A stretch of 30,898 nt of DNA from a virus (taxonomy: Duplodnaviria > Caudoviricetes), in IMG/VR virus record IMGVR_UViG_3300038974_000510, positions 1 to 30,898 of that record. One strand, written 5' to 3'. Of this stretch, positions 1 to 7,808 are shown piece after piece. Under the pieces are notes generated by a model. It saw only the letters and a program-made list of their open reading frames with translations. It made no database searches and had not been told where the DNA came from. How positions within the stretch are numbered: position 1 is the first letter of the stretch; each line of letters opens with the position of its first letter. The position numbers were made by a program, and so were the translations under genes.

Positions 1-29
1 AGAAAATTTTCATAAACATACAATAGAAC

Positions 30-245
30 ATGGCAAATAAACCACAGAAATTCATCCAGCTTGAATCAGAAAAAGTAAAAGAAATTTCAGCGAAAAAGGG
101 TGTTTCAACGCCTACAATTTACGCTGCATTAAAGTATGAGACAGACAGTTCGCTCGCTCGACTTATTCGTTCATGGGCTGTAGAAAATGGAGGTCGCTTA
201 TTTAGAGAGCAGCCGATCAATTCGCGAAACGTTAATGCATTGTGA
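30..245 (+). CDS. Small HTH DNA-binding protein (Ner/Cro-like early regulator)
   Basis: 71 aa, basic, HTH-like segment KEISAKKGVSTPTIYAALK; first gene of the early operon upstream of the transposase, the position of Mu ner. Confidence 0.7.
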   Translation: MANKPQKFIQLESEKVKEISAKKGVSTPTIYAALKYETDSSLARLIRSWAVENGGRLFREQPINSRNVNAL

Positions 246-247
246 TT

Positions 248-466
248 ATGAAAGAGAAAATAATTCTTTTATGCGGACCTGTTATGCTTCTTTTAACAGC
301 TTCAGTTCTTCAAACTATAGAGTATAATTTGAACAATGATATACCTGTTACGTGGATACATGTCGGAGTTTTAGTCTGTGCTGCAATATGGTGCATAGCG
401 GCTTCGCGCTGCAATAGAATGAAGGCGATCAAAGAGTTGGAGCGACTATTCGGAAAAATGGATTAA
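248..466 (+). CDS. Small membrane protein, hypothetical
   Basis: Two hydrophobic segments (IILLCGPVMLLLTASVL; WIHVGVLVCAAIWCIAA); ATG at 248 preferred over GTG at 242. Confidence 0.6.
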   Translation: MKEKIILLCGPVMLLLTASVLQTIEYNLNNDIPVTWIHVGVLVCAAIWCIAASRCNRMKAIKELERLFGKMD

Positions 467-511
467 TCTGTATTTAATTGGTGTTTAAACTTTCTTTAAA
501 AACAAACAAGT

Positions 512-2554
512 ATGCCTCATATTTGGACCGACAACAAAGTAGTAGTCACAAAGGATGAGTTGATCCCGGACTTTTTCCCAACATGGGATGCTTTAAAGTA
601 TAAGCTACATCGAGATGCGCGTAAACCGTGCGGAATAAAAAGAGCGCAACGCGGGGGCGGTTTAAACTGCGAACTGTTGATAGACTTTGATTCTTTGCCT
701 AAATCGATAAGGGATGCCCTCGGTGATCCACGCAGGGTAGACTGTATCCTTGAGCGTTTTTATTGGGAAGATGCAAAAGCGGTCGAATATTTCGCGAACA
801 AAAAGGCTGGAAAGCAGGGATATATACCGGCTGAAAGACAGAAGGAGTATGTATTAAACGCAAGCGTCTTATCAGCGGCCATTCGGTTAAAGTCTACACA
901 CCTTGCTGAATGTGCTATTAAAGGGATTACATCCAAGAATACAGACAAATTCATTTCCGACTCCGTAAACACATTTAATTATTTTAGGTCAATAAAGAAA
1001 CTTACACAACACACACTTCCAACAAACTACATCTCGCTAAAAAGAAAGATCATTCGTTATCAAAAGGATGGGTTCGAGTCGCTTTTGAATCGTTACGACA
1101 ATAATAATGCGGCGAAGAAAACGGAACGCATAACGGCACTTTTGAGTTCTTTATTTATACAAAGCGAAAAACCGACACAAATAGAGGTGTACAGACAATA
1201 CGACGCTTTTTTACGCGGAGAAATTGAGGTTATAAATGAAAACACCGGTGAAGTTTACAACCCTAAATACTACGGCAAATTAAGTGAACGGACAGTAACA
1301 TCGTTTCTCGCCTCATGGAAAGAAAGAGTGTCAACCTACTTGCACCGATCAGCAAACAGACAGCAGTATATGGGTAAGTTTGAGCCGGCACAATCTCTTA
1401 AGCAGCCAGATTATGCTGGAGCTATTCTATCTGTCGATGACCGACAGCCTCCTTTTGAATATGAGAATGGAAAACGTGTTTGGTTTTATAACGCAATAGA
1501 CCTTGGCTCTGAGTGTATAACAGCATGGGTTTGGGGTAAGTCAAAAGAGGGTATTATTGGTGAGTTTTATCGTGAGCTTGTGCGTAATTATGCCGAATGG
1601 GGCGTTCCATTACCTTATGAAATAGAATGCGAAAGCAGCTTAAACTCTACATTCAAAGATACAATATTGCGAGAGGGGAATATGTTTCAATGTGTCAGAA
1701 TCATACCTAACAATGCGCGCAGTAAGCGAATAGAACGGTATTTTGGAAATCTTCGTTACCAGTACGAAAAGAAGCGCTCCGGTTGGATAGGACGTCCGTT
1801 TGCACGCAATGAGGCTTACCAATCAAATAGTGATAAAAAAACTCTTATTCCTTATGATATAATCGTCCGGGATTGTATACAGGACATAATAGATTGGAAT
1901 AATAGTCCACACACACAGCATCCTAAAAAAACACGCTGGGAAGTATTTTTAGAAATGCAAAGTCCAGGATTAACCCCAATAAACTGGCGCGGTATTCTCC
2001 CCTATCTTGGAGAAAAAACAGAAACAAGTGTCCATACTGGACAAATTAGACTGAATAATTCTCTCTTCCTTTTAGGTGACGAGGGTCAGATATATACTGG
2101 CAAAAAATTACTTGACTTAATGGAGATTGTCGAGGACAAAGATGTAGATGTTTATTGGCTACGGGGACATGAAGGTCAGGTTCTTAAAGCGTTGGTTTAT
2201 TACAACGATCGCTGTATTTGTGAAGCATTGCCTAAGCCAATAGCCCACCGGTCGAAACTTGAGGCGATGAACGACCCGAAAGCTGAGGAGAATTTTGCAC
2301 TTATGGAAAGGTATAAAAACACCATACGCGGTTATGCACAACGACATCGGAAAGAATTTGAAAAGGTCCTTGTTATTGATAACCGAAAAACAACTTTGAA
2401 TAATGGGTTTAAAGTCACTTGGATGGAAGGACTTAAAAGAAACAACAGGGAGGAGTCTCACGAAGCTGTTGCACTCCCTCCAATAGAAGATGACTTTTAT
2501 TTAGGAGACTATCAAACCGGGCATAAGACTCAAGCATTATCCGACAGATTTTAA
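512..2554 (+). CDS. Mu-like transposase A (RNase H-fold/integrase core)
   Basis: 680 aa; LSVDD...AIDLGSECITAWVWG core, NARSKRIERYFGNL motif, WNNSPH motif typical of Mu/Tn552-type transposases; immediately upstream of an AAA ATPase. Confidence 0.88.
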   Translation: MPHIWTDNKVVVTKDELIPDFFPTWDALKYKLHRDARKPCGIKRAQRGGGLNCELLIDFDSLPKSIRDALGDPRRVDCILERFYWEDAKAVEYFANKKAGKQGYIPAERQKEYVLNASVLSAAIRLKSTHLAECAIKGITSKNTDKFISDSVNTFNYFRSIKKLTQHTLPTNYISLKRKIIRYQKDGFESLLNRYDNNNAAKKTERITALLSSLFIQSEKPTQIEVYRQYDAFLRGEIEVINENTGEVYNPKYYGKLSERTVTSFLASWKERVSTYLHRSANRQQYMGKFEPAQSLKQPDYAGAILSVDDRQPPFEYENGKRVWFYNAIDLGSECITAWVWGKSKEGIIGEFYRELVRNYAEWGVPLPYEIECESSLNSTFKDTILREGNMFQCVRIIPNNARSKRIERYFGNLRYQYEKKRSGWIGRPFARNEAYQSNSDKKTLIPYDIIVRDCIQDIIDWNNSPHTQHPKKTRWEVFLEMQSPGLTPINWRGILPYLGEKTETSVHTGQIRLNNSLFLLGDEGQIYTGKKLLDLMEIVEDKDVDVYWLRGHEGQVLKALVYYNDRCICEALPKPIAHRSKLEAMNDPKAEENFALMERYKNTIRGYAQRHRKEFEKVLVIDNRKTTLNNGFKVTWMEGLKRNNREESHEAVALPPIEDDFYLGDYQTGHKTQALSDRF

Positions 2555-2574
2555 TAACTTAAAAAATAGGAATC

Positions 2575-3486
2575 ATGGCAGTATTATTTGAATTAACAGC
2601 AGAATATCGAAATCAGATCGTAGACGCGTTGGCTGTTGCCCGCGAAAACTTTGAGGGATCAGACGCTCAGTTTGCGCGTAAATATGGCATAAATGCCGCA
2701 ATTTACAGCCGTATCAAAAAAGGTGATTTTGAAAAGGTTATAAAAACGCAAAACTGGCTTGCTTTAGGGCAGGCGCTGGATGTTTATCCAAACGAACGCA
2801 AATGGACCGTCGTAGAAACCGACGTTTTTAAGCAGATACGAGAGGAAATAGACTTTTGCCGGACCTATCACAAGGCTATGACATTTGTGGATGACTGTGC
2901 GATCGGAAAAACTTTCACAGCCCGGTATCTTTCTCGTACAATGAAAAACGTTATTTATATAGACTGCTCTCAATGTAAGACTAAAATCCTTTTCGCCAAG
3001 GCACTGGCAAAAGCGCTTGGCATAGAATACGCTGGAAACTATTCAGAAGTAAAACAACAAATCAAATATTTTCTTAATACGCTTAAAAATCCAGTGGTTG
3101 TACTTGATGAAGCCGGAGACGTTGACTATTCTACATTTTGCGACCTGAAAGAGTATTGGAATGCAACCGAAAATCGGTGTGGGTGGTATATGATGGGAGC
3201 TGACGGTCTGAAAAAGAAAATGATGGACGGCATTAACCGGAAAACGACCTCTTACCGGGAATTATTTAGCCGTTACTCTGACAAGTTCTCGTCTATCGTT
3301 CCAACTGGGAAAACAGAAAAAGCCGCTTTTTACAGAAAGCTAATAACTGATGTTCTCTCGCAAAACATGAAGGACCTGTCTAAGCTGCCTGAAATTGTTA
3401 ATCGCTGCTTAACAACAGATACAGTTACAGGTATGACGACCGGATTGCGGCGTGCTGAAAGTTTATTAATTCTTCTTGATGAATAA
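2575..3486 (+). CDS. MuB-like AAA+ transposition ATPase with N-terminal HTH
   Basis: N-terminal HTH (SDAQFARKYGINAAIYSRIKKG), Walker A-like CAIGKT, Walker B VVVLDEAG, arginine-finger-like ELFSR; follows the transposase. Confidence 0.85.
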   Translation: MAVLFELTAEYRNQIVDALAVARENFEGSDAQFARKYGINAAIYSRIKKGDFEKVIKTQNWLALGQALDVYPNERKWTVVETDVFKQIREEIDFCRTYHKAMTFVDDCAIGKTFTARYLSRTMKNVIYIDCSQCKTKILFAKALAKALGIEYAGNYSEVKQQIKYFLNTLKNPVVVLDEAGDVDYSTFCDLKEYWNATENRCGWYMMGADGLKKKMMDGINRKTTSYRELFSRYSDKFSSIVPTGKTEKAAFYRKLITDVLSQNMKDLSKLPEIVNRCLTTDTVTGMTTGLRRAESLLILLDE

Positions 3487-3489
3487 GTC

Positions 3490-4128
3490 ATGGGTAGAAC
3501 GCTTTCAATACATAATGTTTTTAGTAAAAAGTTTAAAAAATTTCCATTTACAGGAGTTCACAAGGATGTGTTTGGAGAACCCGAAGTCGGCGGACTTTGG
3601 ATTGTTTACGGACCTGACAAAAATGGGAAAACGACATTGGCACTCATGCTTGGGGACTACCTAAGCAGAATAGAGCCAACGTTATATATAAGCGGCGAGG
3701 AAGGTATTTGTGATAGCTTTCAACAAACGTGCCTCAGAGCCGGATTAACTGCAAATAACAAGAGTTTAAAGTTCCTGGGATATATTACAATAGAAGAATT
3801 GAAAAACCGTCTCGGGAAGCGTAGAAGCGAGAAAATTATAATACTTGACAATATTACTGTATATCAGGAAGAACTAAAAAACGGAGAGTTGTTGCGATTG
3901 TCAAAACAATATCCCAATACCACATTTATTTTTCTCGCACACGAAGACAAGGGAGAGCCTTATACGGCTACTGCGAAAGCTTGTAAGCGCTATGCAAAAA
4001 TAATAATAAACATTAAGGGTTTGGTCGGTTTTGTATCCGGGAGATGTCCGGGAGGAAAAATCGTAATTAATGAGGAAAAAGCGGCCCTTATCCATGGCGA
4101 TAGTATTAACGATAAAATTTTGGAATAA
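3490..4128 (+). CDS. Second P-loop ATPase (RecA/RadA-like fold)
   Basis: Walker A YGPDKNGKT, LYISGEEG motif, Walker B IIILDN. Confidence 0.8.
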   Translation: MGRTLSIHNVFSKKFKKFPFTGVHKDVFGEPEVGGLWIVYGPDKNGKTTLALMLGDYLSRIEPTLYISGEEGICDSFQQTCLRAGLTANNKSLKFLGYITIEELKNRLGKRRSEKIIILDNITVYQEELKNGELLRLSKQYPNTTFIFLAHEDKGEPYTATAKACKRYAKIIINIKGLVGFVSGRCPGGKIVINEEKAALIHGDSINDKILE

Positions 4129-4640
4129 TGGCAACAAATGCAAAGAAAAAGAACTATTCCGGGCGAAGAACAGATACTTTTTACGCCCTGATTGTACAGC
4201 TTCCGGGATATGATTCCAAGTATAAAGAATTAATAAAGGAGGGTGTGATCAATGATTTTCTGACGGAAAGGCATGGTCAAAACCATGGCAGAGAACTAAG
4301 ACTTACCCTGTTGTCAGATGGTGAGTTCCGGGAGTTGCTCTTCGATCTAAACCAGCGGGTCTATAATGGTAAAACAAAAATGATATTGCATCAAGAAGCA
4401 ATTCGAAAAAGAAAGGTTAACCAAATTTTAACGGCTCTTTCTCGGATAGGCGTGAACGTGAAAAATGGTGATTTTTCTCAAGTGAATGAGCATATTAAAA
4501 AGTTGCCGATTTCAAAAGGCCGCATTATACCACAGTTTCGGTTTGACGAATTAGACAGGCTTCTTGGAGCGGTCCGTGCGTATTGCGACAATATAAAAAA
4601 AAGACAAATCCGCGAGCAGATACTGGCTCCCAAAAATTAA
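4128..4640 (+). CDS. Hypothetical early protein (possibly GemA/gp16-like)
   Basis: 170 aa ORF translationally coupled to the ATPase (TAATG overlap); helical and basic; function inferred from position only. Confidence 0.6.
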   Translation: MATNAKKKNYSGRRTDTFYALIVQLPGYDSKYKELIKEGVINDFLTERHGQNHGRELRLTLLSDGEFRELLFDLNQRVYNGKTKMILHQEAIRKRKVNQILTALSRIGVNVKNGDFSQVNEHIKKLPISKGRIIPQFRFDELDRLLGAVRAYCDNIKKRQIREQILAPKN

Positions 4641-4645
4641 CAATT

Positions 4646-4765
4646 ATGCATTACGGATATTACACACGGGATGCTTCTGAAGGTCATTTTGTTATCGTTT
4701 ACATCGGTCGACCGCCTAAGATATTAATAATAAATAGTGAATTACTTTTTGAAGCTTATGGGTAA
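4646..4765 (+). CDS. Small hypothetical protein (39 aa)
   Basis: ATG at 4646 after an AT-rich leader; fills the operon gap and overlaps the next start. Confidence 0.4.
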   Translation: MHYGYYTRDASEGHFVIVYIGRPPKILIINSELLFEAYG

Positions 4766-4949
4766 AAAATATAAATCACGGATATACACCGACAGTGATC
4801 GACGGAAGCTGGACGAATTACAGACGCGCTGTGATGAAATAGTAGACAAGTTGTTTTGCAACCCAAGTGCTACGCATCTCGCTTCCGAACTGCGGGAAAT
4901 AGAGATAAAAATAGCAGCTATTACGGGAGAAGAAATATGCGATTATTAA
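4758..4949 (+). CDS. Small coiled-coil hypothetical protein
   Basis: ATG at 4758 (MGKKYKSR...); in the early operon. Confidence 0.55.
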   Translation: MGKKYKSRIYTDSDRRKLDELQTRCDEIVDKLFCNPSATHLASELREIEIKIAAITGEEICDY

Positions 4950-4968
4950 CAATAAAAACAATTTTAAG

Positions 4969-5613
4969 ATGAAAAACTTAAGTGAAATGTCCTCTCAAGA
5001 GTTGGAGGAATTATTGAAAAAGAAAAAAGCGGAAGAACATGAGGCAGCTATGCAGCGCAGGGCTGCTTATGAGGGGATCCGGGCTGAATTAGCCCACGAT
5101 GTAATGCAAAAAGTCTTAATGGTTAGTGCTGATGCTAAGGATTTCGCCAAGTATTGCAATGATCAATATACTGCTTTCCGGGAAACAATGGAAGAATATG
5201 GGCAGTTAAAATCTGCCACTCAAATGGGGTTTACTCTTTGTGTAAACGATTTTAAATGGGAAGTAAAAAGGAATAAAGTAAAAAGGTTTGATGAGCGCGC
5301 CGATGTCGCTGCTGCCCGTTTGATAGAGTTTCTACGTGATTGGATTAAAAACCAAAAGGATGGTACTGAAAACCCAATGTACCAATTGGCTATGACGCTA
5401 TTGGAGAGGAATAAATATGGGGATTTGGACTACAAGTCGGTGTCTAAACTGTATGATCTTGAGCAGCGCTTCAACAGTGAAGAGTATTCAAGTATAATGC
5501 AGCTTTTTAAGGAAAGCAACGCCGTGGAAGCTACTGCTGTGAATCACTATTTTTACCAAAGGGACAAAGATGGTGTTTGGAGAAAAATTGAACCTTCTGT
5601 TAATATGTTTTAA
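4969..5613 (+). CDS. DUF3164-like protein of Mu-like phages
   Basis: 214 aa; coiled N-terminus, FDERADVAAARLIEF and C-terminal YFYQRDKDGVWRKI pattern characteristic of this family. Confidence 0.7.
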   Translation: MKNLSEMSSQELEELLKKKKAEEHEAAMQRRAAYEGIRAELAHDVMQKVLMVSADAKDFAKYCNDQYTAFRETMEEYGQLKSATQMGFTLCVNDFKWEVKRNKVKRFDERADVAAARLIEFLRDWIKNQKDGTENPMYQLAMTLLERNKYGDLDYKSVSKLYDLEQRFNSEEYSSIMQLFKESNAVEATAVNHYFYQRDKDGVWRKIEPSVNMF

Positions 5614-5618
5614 AACGT

Positions 5619-6143
5619 ATGGCAAAATGGGTGACACTTTATCCCGGGCACTACAATTTTTCGTGTAAATGTGGTTTTCAATACCATGTTTCTCGGATTT
5701 TCAGAAAACAGGACAGATGTGGAATCCTTTGCCAGCGATGCGGTGAAATAGGGAAACATTATAGAATAGAAATGGACACAGAACTTGCGTTTAGTTATAA
5801 TTGGAATAATAAGCTTAATTGTAATTGTTTTACAACACTTCGCTTATACAGCCCCGCAAAACATGCTGTTGGTAGCAGATTCAATGTTACACTCAAAGGT
5901 GTGCATAAGGGCTATGCGAAGATAGTGTCCTTACGGCTTATTACTCTAAATCAAATTAATGATTTTGTAGCCCGATTGGATACTGGTTATTCCGCCAACG
6001 AATGCAGGGATATCATCCGAACGATGTACAAGAATCAGAAGTATATAAAATGGGACACCCAGCAGCTTGCATTATGCTTGCTGGTGTATGAAAAAATGGA
6101 AAAGGAACAATTTTTAAATTTTCAGAATGATAATCGCAGTTGA
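5619..6143 (+). CDS. Zn-ribbon plus ASCH/PUA-like domain protein
   Basis: N-terminal CxC...CxxC; C-terminal FTTLRL...GYAKIVSLRLITLNQINDFVARLDTG resembles the ASCH TxR and A..DG pattern; may be two proteins with an internal ATG (MDTELAF). Confidence 0.5.
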   Translation: MAKWVTLYPGHYNFSCKCGFQYHVSRIFRKQDRCGILCQRCGEIGKHYRIEMDTELAFSYNWNNKLNCNCFTTLRLYSPAKHAVGSRFNVTLKGVHKGYAKIVSLRLITLNQINDFVARLDTGYSANECRDIIRTMYKNQKYIKWDTQQLALCLLVYEKMEKEQFLNFQNDNRS

Positions 6144-6495
6144 TTTTGACGGAACATTACATACCGGCAAGTGGCCGGAGATCGGCTGTCCGACACCTTA
6201 CTCTGTCGAGGCAATGCGTCAGCTAAAGAGTGACGGACATGACCTGGTTATTTGGACGTGTAGGGAAGGTGGTCGGCAGACGGAGATGGTAAACTGGCTC
6301 CTTGAAGCTGGAATCCCATTTGACAGGGTAAACGATCATATCCCTGGATCTTGGGAGGCCTACGGGTATAAATCGAAAAAAGTTTATGCACATCTGTACA
6401 TTGACGATAAACAAGTAGGCGGCCTTCCTCCCTGGCGGGATATATATAATTACGTGAAGGAGGTTGAAGAAAGATATAAGGGCCGCTTCGAATAA
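6127..6495 (+). CDS. HAD-superfamily hydrolase/phosphatase (capless, Bacteroidales phage type)
   Basis: Motif I IIAVDFDGTL, motif II IWTCR, motif III/IV KVYAHLYIDDK. Confidence 0.85.
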   Translation: MIIAVDFDGTLHTGKWPEIGCPTPYSVEAMRQLKSDGHDLVIWTCREGGRQTEMVNWLLEAGIPFDRVNDHIPGSWEAYGYKSKKVYAHLYIDDKQVGGLPPWRDIYNYVKEVEERYKGRFE

Positions 6496-6650
6496 AAACG
6501 TGTATTAAAGATAGAAGCTACGTTAGTAGTGCCTGATCCGGGCTTAATTGATTACTGGGATGGATACCGTGTCTGATGGTCTGCTTGAAGCTAAAGTGCA
6601 CGACGGCTCTGCGAATTGACAGCTTCCAATTCAACCGTCAATTTTAAAAC
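6496..6650 (+). pseudogene. Possible degraded small ORF
   Basis: Protein-like fragments in successive frames (KRVLKIEATLVVPDPGLIDYW / MDTVSDGLLEAKVHDG / LRIDSFQFNRQF) with no intact start-to-stop reading frame. Confidence 0.25.
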
Positions 6651-6704
6651 TATTTGAAGAAAATATAGCTCTGGGCGGGCTTCATAAAACCCATTATTTC
6701 TAAA

Positions 6705-7142
6705 ATGAAAACATTAGATGAAAAATCGGCTGAATACTCAGCAAGGCTATGTAATCAAAGCGACAATTACTCTAAAGGAGAGATTGAAACGGCTTATGTT
6801 ACAGGTGCGGTAGAGAACGCAGAATTGGAAAACGGAGAGATAGGAACTTTTGGTCAAGCCCTGGTTTCTCTTCAACGAGGGTTCAATATTGCTCGTAAAC
6901 AATGGGAGGGTAAATGTTTTATAGTTAAACAGATTAACTCCGACATTACATCCGATGTTGTTCCCAAAATGCAATCGTTGCCGGAAGCTGCAAAAACGGC
7001 TATTAGCAATAATGCTGATGGATCAATCCATTATCGTGAACAATGCTTAGTCGTTTATCCTGGAGATGATGGATGTATGGCTACAAACTATGTGCCTGAT
7101 TGGCAGGATATGTTTTCCGATGACTGGATTATTATTGAATAA
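6705..7142 (+). CDS. tad2: DUF2829 / Tad2-family anti-defence nucleotide sponge
   Basis: TFGQALVSLQRGFNIARKQWEGK N-terminal motif and YVPDWQDMFSDDWIII C-terminal motif of DUF2829, with a KQ...VPKMQSLP insertion as recalled for Bacteroides Tad2/AcrIIA7-type proteins. Confidence 0.75.
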   Translation: MKTLDEKSAEYSARLCNQSDNYSKGEIETAYVTGAVENAELENGEIGTFGQALVSLQRGFNIARKQWEGKCFIVKQINSDITSDVVPKMQSLPEAAKTAISNNADGSIHYREQCLVVYPGDDGCMATNYVPDWQDMFSDDWIIIE

Positions 7143-7150
7143 CTAAAGTA

Positions 7151-7181
7151 AAGATCGCCTCCTATACGGGATGGCGATCTT
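7151..7181. terminator. Hairpin after the tad2-like gene (terminator or RNA-stability element)
   Basis: AAGATCGCC-N13-GGCGATCTT perfect 9-bp inverted repeat; weak U-tract. Confidence 0.45.
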
Positions 7182-7196
7182 CAAATCCGGTAAATT

Positions 7197-7400
7197 ATGA
7201 AAATAAAACTAATGGAATCATACGAAAAAGTAGAATGCCCCTCTTGTGAGGATGTACACCTGTGGGGCGACAGGGTTGTTAATTCTGAGAAGTGCCTGGA
7301 CGATTATGTCTGGAATACTTATCGCTGCCCTGTATGCCGGCATGAGTTTTTCTACCCATACGGCACGCGGGATTTAACAATATCAAGGACATGTTATTGA
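7197..7400 (+). CDS. Small zinc-ribbon protein
   Basis: CPSC...CPVC motifs in 67 aa. Confidence 0.65.
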   Translation: MKIKLMESYEKVECPSCEDVHLWGDRVVNSEKCLDDYVWNTYRCPVCRHEFFYPYGTRDLTISRTCY

Positions 7401-7408
7401 AGAGATAT

Positions 7409-7702
7409 ATGACGAATAATGTGTCCCAGAATGTAATAGAGGCTGTCGAACACACTACCGGAATGTCCTTTAAAAGGATAATCTGTCGGTCGCGGAAGAT
7501 TGAGTATATATACGCCCGGATGTTGCTTTCACAGGCGCTGTTTGATAAAGGGATGTCGAAGTCTTCCATCGGCCGCCTGCTCCGGCGGAACCACGTAACA
7601 ATTATAAATTACATAAACAACTACGCTAACGAGGAAGCGTATAATCCTACCTTCCGAAAGATGAGTAAGAAGGTAGATGAATTAATCGGCAAAGCCGTCT
7701 GA
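7409..7702 (+). CDS. HTH protein resembling DnaA domain IV (Bac_DnaA_C-like)
   Basis: IICRSRKIEYIYARMLL...SKSSIGRLLRRNHVTIINY matches the DnaA C-terminal SR..AR..S...IG....RDHTTV pattern; start at 7409 or 7391. Confidence 0.7.
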   Translation: MTNNVSQNVIEAVEHTTGMSFKRIICRSRKIEYIYARMLLSQALFDKGMSKSSIGRLLRRNHVTIINYINNYANEEAYNPTFRKMSKKVDELIGKAV

Positions 7703-7728
7703 GTAGCATTCAGACGGCTTTTGTTTTT
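7691..7728 (+). terminator. Rho-independent terminator ending the early operon
   Basis: AAAGCCGTCTGA-gtagcat-TCAGACGGCTTT 12-bp stem followed by TGTTTTT. Confidence 0.85.
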
Positions 7729-7729
7729 C

Positions 7730-7790
7730 TCTTAACACTGCGATGTGCGCAGTATAAGATTTTAAATTCGCGCTATAAAGATAGCGCATA
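7730..7790 (+). promoter_or_regulatory. Putative promoter/operator region of the tyrosine recombinase
   Basis: Near-consensus Bacteroidota -7 element TAAATTCG (7763-7770) flanked by palindromes ACTGCG-N5-CGCAGT (7737-7753) and GCGCTAT-N4-ATAGCGC (7770-7787). Confidence 0.4.
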
Positions 7791-7808
7791 ATAATTAAAT
7801 TATTTATT

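Noticed and set aside
7694-7718. Terminator arms resemble the Neisseria DNA uptake sequence (TTCAGACGGC is the reverse complement of GCCGTCTGAA)
   Set aside because: I noticed only this one occurrence in 31 kb, the other arm is imperfect, and the gene content and promoters are Bacteroidota-type; best explained as chance within a terminator.
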